64,000 bases of DNA from an uncultured Treponema sp. (lineage in GTDB: Bacteria; Spirochaetota; Spirochaetia; Treponematales; Treponemataceae), in NCBI GenBank assembly GCA_946615905.1, contig CAMOIE010000001.1, forward strand, positions 44,318 through 108,317, written 5' to 3'. The notes under the pieces are model-generated. The model was not told where the DNA came from. It saw only the letters and a program-made list of their open reading frames with translations, and made no database searches. Positions within the stretch are counted from its first letter, which is position 1. Each line of letters opens with the position of its first letter. Position numbers and translations under genes: made by a program. Positions 9,409-19,119 of this stretch are shown here, one piece after another.

Positions 9409-10770
9409 TTAGTTCCTAAATGAATGAATTGCGGCGGGAATTCTTCCGCCCCGGTTGATAAAGTCTGCGCAGGAGAATTTGCTCACGTTCATAATCGGGC
9501 AACCGCCGAGAAGTCCACCGAATTCAACCCAGTCCCCGGCTTTTTTTCCAGGAACGGGAATTAGGCGGACAGCTGTAGTCTTGTTGTTGACCATGCCGAT
9601 TGCCATCTCATCAGCGATGATGCCGGAAATTGTCGTTGCGCTTGTATCACCGGGAATTCCAATCATGTCAAGTCCGACAGAGCAGACGCAGGTCATGGCT
9701 TCCAGTTTTTCCAAATTAATAGAGCCTTGCTTTACGGCGTTAATCATTCCCTCATCTTCGCTGACCGGGATAAATGCACCGGAAAGTCCGCCGACAGAGG
9801 TTGATGCCATTACGCCGCCTTTTTTCACCATGTCGGTGAGCATTGCGAGCGCGGCAGTCGTTCCTGGGGCACCAGCTCCCTCAATTCCGAATTCCTCGAT
9901 GATTCTGGCAACGGAGTCGCCAACAGCCGGCGTCGGAGCAAGGGAGAGGTCAAGTATTCCAAAGTCAACGCCAAGGCGGCGGGCGGCCTCGCTTCCTACA
10001 AGCTGCCCCATGCGGGTGATTTTAAAGGCCATCTTTTTGATTCCGTCTGCAAGAACGTCAATCGGCTGTCCCTTGTATTCGCGGGCGGCGGCAAGGATTA
10101 CTCCTGGGCCTGAAACGCCAACGTTGATTACGCAGTCTCCTTCTCCAGGCCCGTGGAAGGCACCAGCCATAAAGGGATTGTCATCCGGCGCGTTGCAGAA
10201 GACGACCAACTTTGCGCAGCCCATCGCGTCCCTGTCTTTTGTAAGTTCTGCCGCTTCCTTGATTTTTTCGCCCATCAATTTTACGGCGTTCATGTTGATT
10301 CCTGATTTAGAGCTTCCGACATTCACGGAAGAGCATACAAAATCAGTGGTTGCCAATGCTTTTGGAATCGAGTTGATTAAGTTCAAGTCTCCGGGTGTCA
10401 TGCCCTTTTGGACAAGGGCTGAAAATCCGCCGATAAAGTTTACGCCCAGTTCTTTTGCGCACTTGTCCAAAGTCTCCGCCCAAGGAGAAACGTCTTTTTC
10501 ACCGCTGGGTTCTGCCACGAGAGAAATCGGTGTGACTGAAATGCGTTTATTGATAATCGGAACTCCGAATTCTTTTTCGATGTCCTGTCCAGTTTTTACG
10601 AGATTTCCCGCCAGTCTCATGATTTTGTCGTAAATCCGCTGACGGCTGACTTTTCCATCGGAAGCGGCGCAGTCACGGAGGGAAATTCCCATCGTAATGC
10701 AGCGGACGTCCAATTTTTGCCGCATGAACATATTTACAGTTTCTTGAATTTCACTTGGGGAAAAAATCAT
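9409..10770 (-). CDS. PFL-family protein (DUF711/UPF0210)
   Basis: 453 aa; [41 protein letters not shown] and [14 protein letters not shown] motifs. Confidence 0.92.
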   Translation of the reverse strand: MIFSPSEIQETVNMFMRQKLDVRCITMGISLRDCAASDGKVSRQRIYDKIMRLAGNLVKTGQDIEKEFGVPIINKRISVTPISLVAEPSGEKDVSPWAETLDKCAKELGVNFIGGFSALVQKGMTPGDLNLINSIPKALATTDFVCSSVNVGSSKSGINMNAVKLMGEKIKEAAELTKDRDAMGCAKLVVFCNAPDDNPFMAGAFHGPGEGDCVINVGVSGPGVILAAAREYKGQPIDVLADGIKKMAFKITRMGQLVGSEAARRLGVDFGILDLSLAPTPAVGDSVARIIEEFGIEGAGAPGTTAALAMLTDMVKKGGVMASTSVGGLSGAFIPVSEDEGMINAVKQGSINLEKLEAMTCVCSVGLDMIGIPGDTSATTISGIIADEMAIGMVNNKTTAVRLIPVPGKKAGDWVEFGGLLGGCPIMNVSKFSCADFINRGGRIPAAIHSFRN

Positions 10771-10792
10771 AAGAGCCTCGTTTTTTTATGAT

Positions 10793-10818
10793 AAAAAGCC
10801 GTCTTTTTGCAGACGGCT
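10793..10818 (-). terminator. Intrinsic terminator after the GH28 gene
   Basis: AGCCGTCT-N6-AGACGGCT with T tract on the minus strand. Confidence 0.75.
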
Positions 10819-10826
10819 AAAATCTT

Positions 10827-12176
10827 TTACTCGTAGATGAAAGTTTCCTTTGGTCCTGTGATGTTTACGTTGCTGAACTTTGCATCAGGCGTGTTGCGGA
10901 CTCGGAAACTCTTTACGCTGACTTCGGGCAGGCCGTAGAACATATCGCTTTCCTGAGGGCTGCGGTCAGAAGATTCGTCAGTATAAATTTCACAGTCAGA
11001 AATTTCAAGACCCGTAATCGGACTTTCGGGCAAGCCAACGATAAAACCTGCGGAAGCCTTGCATCCCTTTGCCTTGATTCCAGAGATTTTCACCTCATGA
11101 ATTTTCGGGGTCTCAGCTGTGACTGGCTGTTTTTCCAGGCTGAAAAGGGGCGACTTTGTGTCCTTGATTCCGCATTTATAGTACATGTTGATTGCAATCG
11201 GGCAGAGGGTGTCGTCCATCGTGAGATTTTTAAGGGTGACGTCAAAAATGTCCCCGCCACGTCCACGGCGAGATTTGATTCTGATTCCACGGTCGGTTCC
11301 GCTCAAGTCGCAGTCCTCGGCGGTGATTCCACTGATTGGGGCGGCAGTCTCGCTTCCGATTACGATTCCGCCATGAGCATCGCGGACTGTGCAGTTTTTA
11401 ACGGTGACGTTTTTCGTCGGCTTGTTCACGCGGATTCCGTCCGGGCCGGAGCCAGACTTGATGCAGATTCCATCGTCACCGACAGAGACAAAGCAATTCT
11501 CAACAAGAACATCCTCGCAGGAGTCGATGTCGATTCCGTCTGTGTTTGGAGCAGTGTAAGGATTCTCAACGTGCAGGTTACGCATCGTGAGTTTTTTTGT
11601 GTAAAGCGGGTGAATAGTCCAGAATGGAGAGTCTTTTACCGTGATTCCCTCAAGGGTGACGTTCTCACAATTGATGAATTCAATGAACGAGGGGCGCAAA
11701 AACTGACATTCTCTTCCGCCGCCGCCACCGGGCTGATCCTCGTAGCCGGGGTTCAACTTTGCAAGAGCCTTTTCGTAATCTTCAATCGGTTCTTTTTGGT
11801 TCGCCTTTTCCTTGCGGAGATTCCACCAAGGCTGACCGTTGCCGTTCACAGTTCCTTTTCCGCAGATTGTGACGTTTTTTTTGCCGGAAGCGTGAATAAG
11901 TGGGTGCATGGCGTAGCACTCAACGCCCTCCCAACGGGTAAATGCCGGAGGATAAAGGTTGGGGTCAGCGATAAAGAAGACTTCCGCGCCTTCTGAAATC
12001 TCCAGTGTTGTGTCGCCGGGAATCTCAATCGGGCCGGTAAGCCATTGGCCTTTAGAAAGGGTTAATTTTCCGCCGCCGGATTTTTCGATTTTGGCAAACG
12101 CATCAGCAAAAGCTTTTGTATTGTCAAATTTTCCATCGGGCTTTCCGCCGAATTCTTCAAGGCCAAGACTTTCCAT
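10827..12176 (-). CDS. Glycoside hydrolase family 28 (polygalacturonase), no signal peptide
   Basis: PNTDGID, GDDGICIKSG, AHGG and RIKS catalytic motifs of GH28. Confidence 0.93.
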   Translation of the reverse strand: MESLGLEEFGGKPDGKFDNTKAFADAFAKIEKSGGGKLTLSKGQWLTGPIEIPGDTTLEISEGAEVFFIADPNLYPPAFTRWEGVECYAMHPLIHASGKKNVTICGKGTVNGNGQPWWNLRKEKANQKEPIEDYEKALAKLNPGYEDQPGGGGGRECQFLRPSFIEFINCENVTLEGITVKDSPFWTIHPLYTKKLTMRNLHVENPYTAPNTDGIDIDSCEDVLVENCFVSVGDDGICIKSGSGPDGIRVNKPTKNVTVKNCTVRDAHGGIVIGSETAAPISGITAEDCDLSGTDRGIRIKSRRGRGGDIFDVTLKNLTMDDTLCPIAINMYYKCGIKDTKSPLFSLEKQPVTAETPKIHEVKISGIKAKGCKASAGFIVGLPESPITGLEISDCEIYTDESSDRSPQESDMFYGLPEVSVKSFRVRNTPDAKFSNVNITGPKETFIYE

Positions 12177-12247
12177 ATTTACTCCAAGATAATTAAATAT
12201 GGTATATTTTGGCCGAAGATTCCGCTGATAACAAGCAAATTAAGCGG

Positions 12248-13264
12248 TTAGTTTTTGTACTTTGACGCATAAGAGCCTAAAATCAGGCTTTCGCTTGCAT
12301 AGTGGGCAAAAAATTCCTTGTTCGAAAGAATATAGTTGTGGCTTGACCTTTTTGAAGTGTCAGCCGGGATGATTTTGCCGTTAGAGTCCTTAGTTTTTGT
12401 GCCGTATTCGCGCCAGCCGTACATCGCATTCCCAACCGGCGGATAAACTTGGCGGCTTCCGTCTTCGTCAGTCCAAAGGGCAGGGTCATAGCGGTCGCTA
12501 ATCGTACAGTTAATCAGGGCGATTGAATCCCAACGGTCTTTGGAATCTTTTTTGCCTGTTCCTTCCGTGCGGCCGATATAGATTTTCCCATTCGGACCAT
12601 GGTCATCAGCGGTGAATTCGCAGTCAGTAAAGACAAAACCTGGTTTAGAATTTAGGGCGCGGCTCTGCAAAACGTAGGCGGGTCTGTCGATTCCTCTGTT
12701 GTCCTCGCGTGTGTGAATATGACAGTTTTCCCAAAGAGAAATATCACAGTAGCCCCAGATAAAGTCGACATCGCCGGTCACGTAGCAGTCCTTAAAACGT
12801 GAAACGCCTTTTACATGAATTGTGTCCTGCCGGGAAATGAAGCGCATATTCTCGCAGTTCAAATAGCCCTTCTGATTGTGCCAGCAAAGGGCTTCCGCCT
12901 GATTTCCGAGTGAAGCATCGTCATTCGTTTTGACGTGGGTATTTTCGATTGTGAATCCCCTCAAAGTCACGTCTGTAGCAGCCGTTCCAATTACAAATAC
13001 GGCTCGGTTTTCCGTGTCCTTGTGGAAGGCCTCACAGTTTTCCGCAGAAATCACGCAGTCCTCCGGTTTTGTTCCGGTCGGAGTCTCCATCACGAGAGGA
13101 TTTGAAAGATTATATGAAATTATTTCGTGGTATTCGCCAGGGGCGATTGTGAGATGAACAGGAGCCTCAAAATCGAGGGAACCAGTTTTCACCATCTCAC
13201 TAATTTTTTTGAATGCCTGGGAAATTGCACCGGCATTTTTTGAAGTAATTGATAATTCTAGCAT
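12248..13264 (-). CDS. Pectin methylesterase (CE8), no signal peptide
   Basis: PGEYHE, NQAEAL, SRQDTI, GDVDFIWG and YIGR motifs. Confidence 0.88.
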   Translation of the reverse strand: MLELSITSKNAGAISQAFKKISEMVKTGSLDFEAPVHLTIAPGEYHEIISYNLSNPLVMETPTGTKPEDCVISAENCEAFHKDTENRAVFVIGTAATDVTLRGFTIENTHVKTNDDASLGNQAEALCWHNQKGYLNCENMRFISRQDTIHVKGVSRFKDCYVTGDVDFIWGYCDISLWENCHIHTREDNRGIDRPAYVLQSRALNSKPGFVFTDCEFTADDHGPNGKIYIGRTEGTGKKDSKDRWDSIALINCTISDRYDPALWTDEDGSRQVYPPVGNAMYGWREYGTKTKDSNGKIIPADTSKRSSHNYILSNKEFFAHYASESLILGSYASKYKN

Positions 13265-13325
13265 TTGCTTAAATTATAATTGCAAATTTGTCTGTGAACA
13301 AGCTAAAAATGCATTTTGCCCGACT

Positions 13326-14303
13326 TTACCGCTCCCCGTATTTTTTCATAAAGTCAGCGACGTTTTTTTTGTATTTTTCTGTGTCAAAAAGCCAGCTGAC
13401 GGCGTGGGGGGCGTTTTCAATCAAATACAATTCCTTGTCAGATTGGCAGGCCTGCCAGTTAAGCATGGTCATTTCAACAGGAACTGTTTCATCGGCTGTC
13501 CCAGAAATAAAAAGAATTGGCGTGAGATTTTCCTGTAGGGCCTCATAAGTCGAATATTCGTCCAGTGAGAATCCTGCAAAATTTTTTGTCATCCAATTGC
13601 CAATTTTTGTGATAGTGGCTGCAAGCGGATATTTTCTGTGTTGGCATGTCCAAAGGATGATTTCATAGGGAGAGGTAAAACCGCAGTCAGCGATGATTCC
13701 CCGCACGTTAATCGGCAAATTCAGTCCTGTTGACATTACTACAGTCGCACAGCCCATGGAAATTCCATGGATGAAAATTGGTTCCGTGTCGCCGTAAACC
13801 CGGCAAATTTCCTCGACCCAAGATTTGCAGTCCCTGCGTTCGTTGATTCCAAAAGTAACGTATTTTCCTTCACTTTTTTCGTGGCTGCGCTCATAAGGAA
13901 GAACAACTGCATAGCCTAAGTCATGGTAAAATTTTGCGAGTCCGGCATATTCGCGCTCTGGATTTGAATGAAAACCGTGCATACAAAGGACTACGCCCTT
14001 TTGGTCTTCAACAGGAATCAGCAATGCGGAAAGCTTCAAGCCATCAAAAGAAGTTATTTCCATGCGGGCAGGATTTAAATTCCTGAAAACCTCAACCTCC
14101 TCAAGGTGACGGGCATAATTTTCCTCGCCGCCGTAAAATTCGATTTCTGATTTTTCAGAACGCTCGCATGTATATCGGATAAATTGCGGACGATAGAGGG
14201 CAAAATAAACGATTCCCAAAAAAACAAGAGTCAAAGTGGCTAAGGCTCCGATTATAATTGCGAATATCTTTGGTACTGATTCTTTTTTCATATATTCTCG
14301 CAT
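13326..14303 (-). CDS. Membrane-anchored alpha/beta hydrolase
   Basis: N-terminal TM helix; HGF, GISMG nucleophile elbow, DCGF, G..D..VP and terminal H (APHA). Confidence 0.85.
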   Translation of the reverse strand: MREYMKKESVPKIFAIIIGALATLTLVFLGIVYFALYRPQFIRYTCERSEKSEIEFYGGEENYARHLEEVEVFRNLNPARMEITSFDGLKLSALLIPVEDQKGVVLCMHGFHSNPEREYAGLAKFYHDLGYAVVLPYERSHEKSEGKYVTFGINERRDCKSWVEEICRVYGDTEPIFIHGISMGCATVVMSTGLNLPINVRGIIADCGFTSPYEIILWTCQHRKYPLAATITKIGNWMTKNFAGFSLDEYSTYEALQENLTPILFISGTADETVPVEMTMLNWQACQSDKELYLIENAPHAVSWLFDTEKYKKNVADFMKKYGER

Positions 14304-14306
14304 GTT

Positions 14307-14879
14307 TTATGCTTTTTTAGCTTCCCTTGCGGCTTTTTTGGCTGCGATTGAGGCAGCTTTTCGGGCTTTTTTTGCCTCACGTTCGGCCGCACGTTCCATT
14401 CTTTTTTTGCACTGGGCTGTGATTTTTGCTGCCTCAAGCGGGTCTCCCCGGTCAATATAAATCACCCCGTCCAAATGGTCATTCTCGTGCTGAATTATGC
14501 GGGCCAAAAGTCCGTCTGCCTCAAGCGTAAATGGCTTTCCAAATTCGTTCAGAGCCTGAACAGTTACCCTCTGCGGACGGCGAATGTTCTCAGAAAATCC
14601 AGGGAGAGAAAGACAGCCTTCCTCGTAGTCGCCCATCTCCTCGCTGGTTGAGATTATCTGCGGGTTTATGAAAACGCGTTTTACATTGTCATCTGCGGTC
14701 AGGACAAAATATCGTTTTGCAACCCCAACCTGTGGAGCTGCAAGTCCTACCCCCTGAGCCTCATTCATTGTTGAGAACATTTCATCGAACCACGCTCTCA
14801 GTTCATCGTTGATTTCCTCAGGCTTAACCGGCTGGCATTTTTCGCGTAAAATTTCTTCACCAAGTTTGTATATTTTCAT
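14307..14879 (-). CDS. def: Peptide deformylase
   Basis: GVGLAAPQVG, EGCLS and QHENDHLDG motifs; start re-set to MKIYKLG. Confidence 0.96.
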   Translation of the reverse strand: MKIYKLGEEILREKCQPVKPEEINDELRAWFDEMFSTMNEAQGVGLAAPQVGVAKRYFVLTADDNVKRVFINPQIISTSEEMGDYEEGCLSLPGFSENIRRPQRVTVQALNEFGKPFTLEADGLLARIIQHENDHLDGVIYIDRGDPLEAAKITAQCKKRMERAAEREAKKARKAASIAAKKAAREAKKA

Positions 14880-14880
14880 G

Positions 14881-16251
14881 TTAATTTTCTCCAATTCTGA
14901 TTCTTGCGGCATGGGCGTGTCCTGCAAGTCCTTCTGCATCTCCCAAGTGGCCGGCGGCCTTTGCAGACTCGACAGCCCCCTTGCTTCCGGGAACCGTCCT
15001 CAAAGTCGTAACTGTCTTCAAGAAAACCCGGACGCTCAAGCCGCCCGTGAACCTCGCGCTTCCAGAAGTCGGCAGCGTGTGATTGAGTCCGGCTGCGTAG
15101 TCTCCGAAAACTTCTGCAGAGCCGTGTCCCACAAAGAGAGAGCCATAATTGTGAACGAGCCCTGCGATTTTGTTGCGCTCAGCTCCTTCTTCCATGGCAA
15201 GCTCTAAATGCTCAGGAGCCTTGCGGTTTGCGGCCTCGGCAGCCTCCTCAAGATTTTTGCATAGAATGATTCTTCCGCAATTTTTGATTGATTCAGCGGC
15301 TGTCGCCCGTGTAGCCAGTTTTTCAAGTTGTTTTTCGATTTCTTCGGCGACTGCTTTTGCAAGTTGTTCGTCATTTGTGGCCATGACTGGCTGGGCGACA
15401 ACATCGTGCTCGGCTTGGGCCAGTAGATCTGCGGCAACCCATTCAGGATTTGCCGATGAGTCTGCGATTATAAAGACTTCTGTAGGTCCTGCAACCATGT
15501 CGATTCCGACTGTGCCGTAGACCAGTTTTTTCGCCTCGGCAACGAATTTGTTTCCAGGTCCTACAATTACGTCAGCCTGTGGAATTGTTTGTGTTCCGAA
15601 TGCCATCGCTCCGATAGCCTGACTTCCTCCGCAGGCAAAAACTCTGTCGGCACCACAAATGTAGGCGGCCGCCATAATTCCCTCGTCAGCGTAGGGTTTT
15701 CCTCCTACAAAAGGCTTTCCTGGAAGACCTAAGCCAGCTTTTTGGGCGGCAACTTTGTCATCCGGGTGGACTCTTGGCGGAGTGCAAAGAACGATTTCCT
15801 TAACACCAGCAGCAACAGCAGGAGTAATCGTCATAACAACTGTTGAAACAAGAGGAAATCTTCCTGCAGGCACGTAAACACCAGCACGGTCAACAGGAAT
15901 ATTTTTTTGACCGGTAAAGAGACCTGGTTCAAGCTCCACCTCAAAATCATCAAAAGATTCTCGCTGTTTTTTTGCAAAGCGGAGGGCAAGGTCGTGGCTG
16001 TAGTTAAGAGCCTTGTAAAGTTCGGGATTTTCTTTTTGCATTTTTTCAGCGGCAGCCTTAAGCTCTGCCTTTGGAATTTCCAATGTTTTTGGAGCGGAAA
16101 GGTCAAATCTTGCCCCGTATTCTGCAAGAGCCTGGTCTCCGCGTTTTTTTACGTCAGAAAGAACGTCTTTTACAGTGTCAATCGAAGCACCAAAATCACG
16201 GCCGTCAAAAAAATCAGCCTCTATATCCTCATACTTTTGAATCTTTATCAT
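14881..16251 (-). CDS. hisD: Histidinol dehydrogenase
   Basis: GVYVPAG, VGPGNKFV, AGPTE, DLLAQAEHD, APEHLEL and GLNHTLPT motifs. Confidence 0.95.
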   Translation of the reverse strand: MIKIQKYEDIEADFFDGRDFGASIDTVKDVLSDVKKRGDQALAEYGARFDLSAPKTLEIPKAELKAAAEKMQKENPELYKALNYSHDLALRFAKKQRESFDDFEVELEPGLFTGQKNIPVDRAGVYVPAGRFPLVSTVVMTITPAVAAGVKEIVLCTPPRVHPDDKVAAQKAGLGLPGKPFVGGKPYADEGIMAAAYICGADRVFACGGSQAIGAMAFGTQTIPQADVIVGPGNKFVAEAKKLVYGTVGIDMVAGPTEVFIIADSSANPEWVAADLLAQAEHDVVAQPVMATNDEQLAKAVAEEIEKQLEKLATRATAAESIKNCGRIILCKNLEEAAEAANRKAPEHLELAMEEGAERNKIAGLVHNYGSLFVGHGSAEVFGDYAAGLNHTLPTSGSARFTGGLSVRVFLKTVTTLRTVPGSKGAVESAKAAGHLGDAEGLAGHAHAARIRIGEN

Positions 16252-16324
16252 AGTTTACTTGCCTTACGCTTATTTTAGCGTTTTTTGACATTCTTCACAA
16301 TGATTTAGAAAAATTTGCCTTTTT

Positions 16325-16425
16325 GGGCGCTCCCCCTTCGGGGGCGTTCCTTCCGGGGTTTCGGTGCCCTCATTCGTCCGCCTTCGCTCCCGAACGGCTT
16401 CGCCGCCCCTCCAGCAACTAGCGCA
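16325..16425 (-). repeat. Structured intergenic element copy C (Flavo-1-like)
   Basis: TTTT-GGGCGC...CCGGGGTTTCGGTGCCCTC...CCCCTCC...GCGCAATT; colinear with copy G. Confidence 0.75.
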
Positions 16426-16454
16426 ATTAATCCAAAAGCATTAGACTTTTTTAC

Positions 16455-17594
16455 ATGAAAAAATCGCGTCTTTTACTTTTGCTGGCTGGCATATTGCTTG
16501 TGGCGATAATCGTTCTTCAGTTTTTCTGGAATCCACTTGAGCCGAAGGCTGAATATGTTCCCTACAGAGAATTTTGCCAGAAAGTTGAGGCAGGACTTGT
16601 CGCCTCTGCTGAAATCTCAGGTGAAGATGTTTTTTTCACAGAAAAACAAATTACTTTTATAACAGAAAATCCCCATTCTCCGACTTTCCGCGAATTTCTT
16701 TTGCGAAACGGCGTAAAAGTCTCTGTCCAAAAGTCCGGCGAGAGTATTTTTTACGGAATCATGGATTTGCTTTTCTACGTGATTTTCTTCGGCGGAATCG
16801 TCCTCGTTTTCCGCAAATTCATCAGCCCAAACACATTCAAAGTTGTCAGAAAAACCGGAGTCTCTTTTAAAGATGTAGTTGGGATGGACGAACTCAAAAA
16901 ATACATGATTCAAGTCATGGACATCATGAAGCACCCGGACGACTACGCCCGTCGAGGAATCCGTATGCCCAAGGGAATTCTGCTCGAAGGTGCCCCCGGA
17001 AACGGAAAGACTTTATTCGCCCGTGCACTGGCAGGCCAGGCAAAAGTCCCATTTATTCCGGCAAAAGCCACCGATTTTGAAAGTATGTTCATGGCAATCG
17101 GCCCCATGAAAATCAAGCTTTTGTTCCACAAGGCTCGCCGCCGCGCCCCCTGCATAGTCTTTATCGATGAATTTGACGGAATCGGAACCCGCCGAAACTA
17201 CACAGGCTCAGCCCTTGAGACTGAAAATACTAGAATTGTCACCGCACTTTTAAATGAATTGGACGGCTTTCAAAAAAATTCTGGAATCCTCGTTCTTGCC
17301 GCGACTAATTCGATTGCTGCCCTGGACGAAGCTTTAATCCGTCCAGGCCGCTTTGATGTCCGCGTGAAAGTTCCCTTCCCGGACGAAAAAGCCCGTACAG
17401 AACTTGCCAAAATGTATCTGGCCGGAAAATCATTTGACAGCTCCGTCACACCGGAAAAAATCGCTCGGTTGAGTGAAGGACTGTCCGCTGCAAAAATAGA
17501 GTCCGCCATAAATGAAGCCGCGCTTTCCTCTATGCAAGAAGGTCGCAGTCAAATCTCGCTAGCGGATTTAGAAAGAGAATTTCTGCGGACATAA
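16455..17594 (+). CDS. FtsH-like membrane AAA+ ATPase lacking the M41 protease domain
   Basis: TM-periplasmic-TM region; GAPGNGKT, IVFIDEFD and ALIRPGRFD motifs; stops at 379 aa with no HEXXH. Confidence 0.85.
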   Translation: MKKSRLLLLLAGILLVAIIVLQFFWNPLEPKAEYVPYREFCQKVEAGLVASAEISGEDVFFTEKQITFITENPHSPTFREFLLRNGVKVSVQKSGESIFYGIMDLLFYVIFFGGIVLVFRKFISPNTFKVVRKTGVSFKDVVGMDELKKYMIQVMDIMKHPDDYARRGIRMPKGILLEGAPGNGKTLFARALAGQAKVPFIPAKATDFESMFMAIGPMKIKLLFHKARRRAPCIVFIDEFDGIGTRRNYTGSALETENTRIVTALLNELDGFQKNSGILVLAATNSIAALDEALIRPGRFDVRVKVPFPDEKARTELAKMYLAGKSFDSSVTPEKIARLSEGLSAAKIESAINEAALSSMQEGRSQISLADLEREFLRT

Positions 17595-17622
17595 AAAATC
17601 CGCCCCGACTTGGAGCGGATTT
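17593..17622. terminator. Hairpin terminator between convergent genes
   Basis: AAATCCGC-N11-GCGGATTT preceded by an A tract. Confidence 0.65.
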
Positions 17623-17625
17623 GAC

Positions 17626-18378
17626 TTATAAAACCTTGTTCAAAAAGTTCTTTGTGCGTTCCTGCTGGGGATTTTTCAGAACTTGGTCGGGGCTACCTTC
17701 CTCAACAATGTAGCCTCCCGCCATAAACAGGATTCTGTTTGCGACTTCTCGGGCAAATCCCATTTCGTGGGTGACAACGACCATAGTCATGCCGGACTGG
17801 GCAAGCTCTTTCATTACATTGAGAACTTCCCCGACCATCTCAGGGTCAAGGGCAGAAGTCGGCTCGTCAAAAAGCAGGATTGAAGGATTCATCGCAAGAG
17901 AGCGGGCGATTGCGACCCGCTGTTTTTGTCCGCCGGAAAGCTGCTGCGGGTGTGCGTTTGCCTTGCTTTCCAAACCGACCCTCGCCAAAAGTTTCATTCC
18001 GTTTTCGTGAGCCTCAGCCTTTGTCATTTTTTTCAGCTCCACCGGGGCAAGCATGATATTCTCAAGGACGGTCATGTTGGAAAAAAGGTTGAAGTGCTGG
18101 AAAACCATTCCGATATTCTCACGGACTTTGTTGATGTCAACTTTTTTGTCAGTGATGTCAGAGCCGTTTACAATGACTTTTCCTTCTGTGACAGTCTCAA
18201 GTTTGTTCAGGCAGCGCAAAAGTGTTGATTTGCCGCCGCCGGAAGGGCCAATCACGCAGACAACTTCTCCCTCGTGGATGTCGAATGAAATATCTTTCAA
18301 AACATCAAGTCCGCCAAATGATTTTTTGAGGTGTTCAACGCGGATTTTTACTTCTCTTGATTCATTACTGTTCGTCAT
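17626..18378 (-). CDS. Polar amino acid ABC transporter ATP-binding protein (GlnQ-like)
   Basis: [22 protein letters not shown] and [11 protein letters not shown] motifs. Confidence 0.95.
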   Translation of the reverse strand: MTNSNESREVKIRVEHLKKSFGGLDVLKDISFDIHEGEVVCVIGPSGGGKSTLLRCLNKLETVTEGKVIVNGSDITDKKVDINKVRENIGMVFQHFNLFSNMTVLENIMLAPVELKKMTKAEAHENGMKLLARVGLESKANAHPQQLSGGQKQRVAIARSLAMNPSILLFDEPTSALDPEMVGEVLNVMKELAQSGMTMVVVTHEMGFAREVANRILFMAGGYIVEEGSPDQVLKNPQQERTKNFLNKVL

Positions 18379-19039
18379 GGCGCTTTATGTTCCTCTCGAT
18401 TTTTTTTGCGGCTTTGCTCAGGGCAACGATTACAATCATATACATAATTCCGACAATTGCCCATGTCTGCAAACTTTTGAATGTGTTTCCGGCAATCGTC
18501 TTTCCCATGTTCGTGAGTTCCGGGTAGCCGATTACGGAAAGAATTGACGTGTCTTTGAGCGTGATTATAAACTGGTTGATAATAGAAGGAATCATGATTC
18601 TGAAAGCCTGCGGAAGAACGACTCTGCGCATAGTTGTCGCATAGCTTAAACCGAGTGAACGTCCGGCCTCCATCTGCCCCTTGTCGATTCCCTCGATTCC
18701 GGCGCGGAAAATTTCCGCCATGTAAGCCCCGCAGTTCATGGCAAGGGCGATTGTTCCCGCCTGCAAGGCCGGAAGTCTGAAATCCGTAAATCCCAGCAGC
18801 TTGATTCCTTGGGGAACACCGAAGTAAATAAAATATGCCAAGACAATCAGAGGAACGCCTCGCACTGCGTCAACGTAAAATGAACCGATTACATTCAGAG
18901 CCTTGTTGCGACTTACGTTCAAAAGGGCGAAAATCAGTCCGATAATCATTGCGAAAAAAAGTGCGAAGAGAGTCAGCAAAAGCGTGTAGCCCAGCGATCT
19001 CAAAAGCATTGTCGAATAAACTTGGATAATTTGAATCAT
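18365..19039 (-). CDS. Polar amino acid ABC transporter permease
   Basis: [28 protein letters not shown] and LKDTS motifs. Confidence 0.95.
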   Translation of the reverse strand: MIQIIQVYSTMLLRSLGYTLLLTLFALFFAMIIGLIFALLNVSRNKALNVIGSFYVDAVRGVPLIVLAYFIYFGVPQGIKLLGFTDFRLPALQAGTIALAMNCGAYMAEIFRAGIEGIDKGQMEAGRSLGLSYATTMRRVVLPQAFRIMIPSIINQFIITLKDTSILSVIGYPELTNMGKTIAGNTFKSLQTWAIVGIMYMIVIVALSKAAKKIERNIKRHDEQ

Positions 19040-19052
19040 ATAAAAATTATAT

Positions 19053-19085
19053 AAAAAAAAGCCCGCTGATTCAATTTCAGCAGGC
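19053..19085 (-). terminator. Intrinsic terminator between binding-protein and permease genes
   Basis: Minus strand reads GCCTGCTGA-N7-TCAGCGGGC-T8. Confidence 0.75.
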
Positions 19086-19119
19086 CTCTCAAAGTCATTT
19101 ATTTAACTTTTGCTTTAAT

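Noticed and set aside
9455-10633. 392-aa ORF on the + strand
   Set aside because: Exact antisense shadow of the DUF711 gene; Ser/Pro/Ile-rich, no motifs and no RBS
9409-10770. DUF711 gene lacking its usual upstream ACT-domain partner
   Set aside because: The partner may lie elsewhere in the genome; this cannot be judged from one window
11097-11996. 299-aa ORF on the + strand
   Set aside because: Antisense shadow of GH28; no recognisable motifs
19053-19085. Near-identical terminators at 19061 and 50209 as a repeat family
   Set aside because: Only two short copies, adequately explained as ordinary intrinsic terminators
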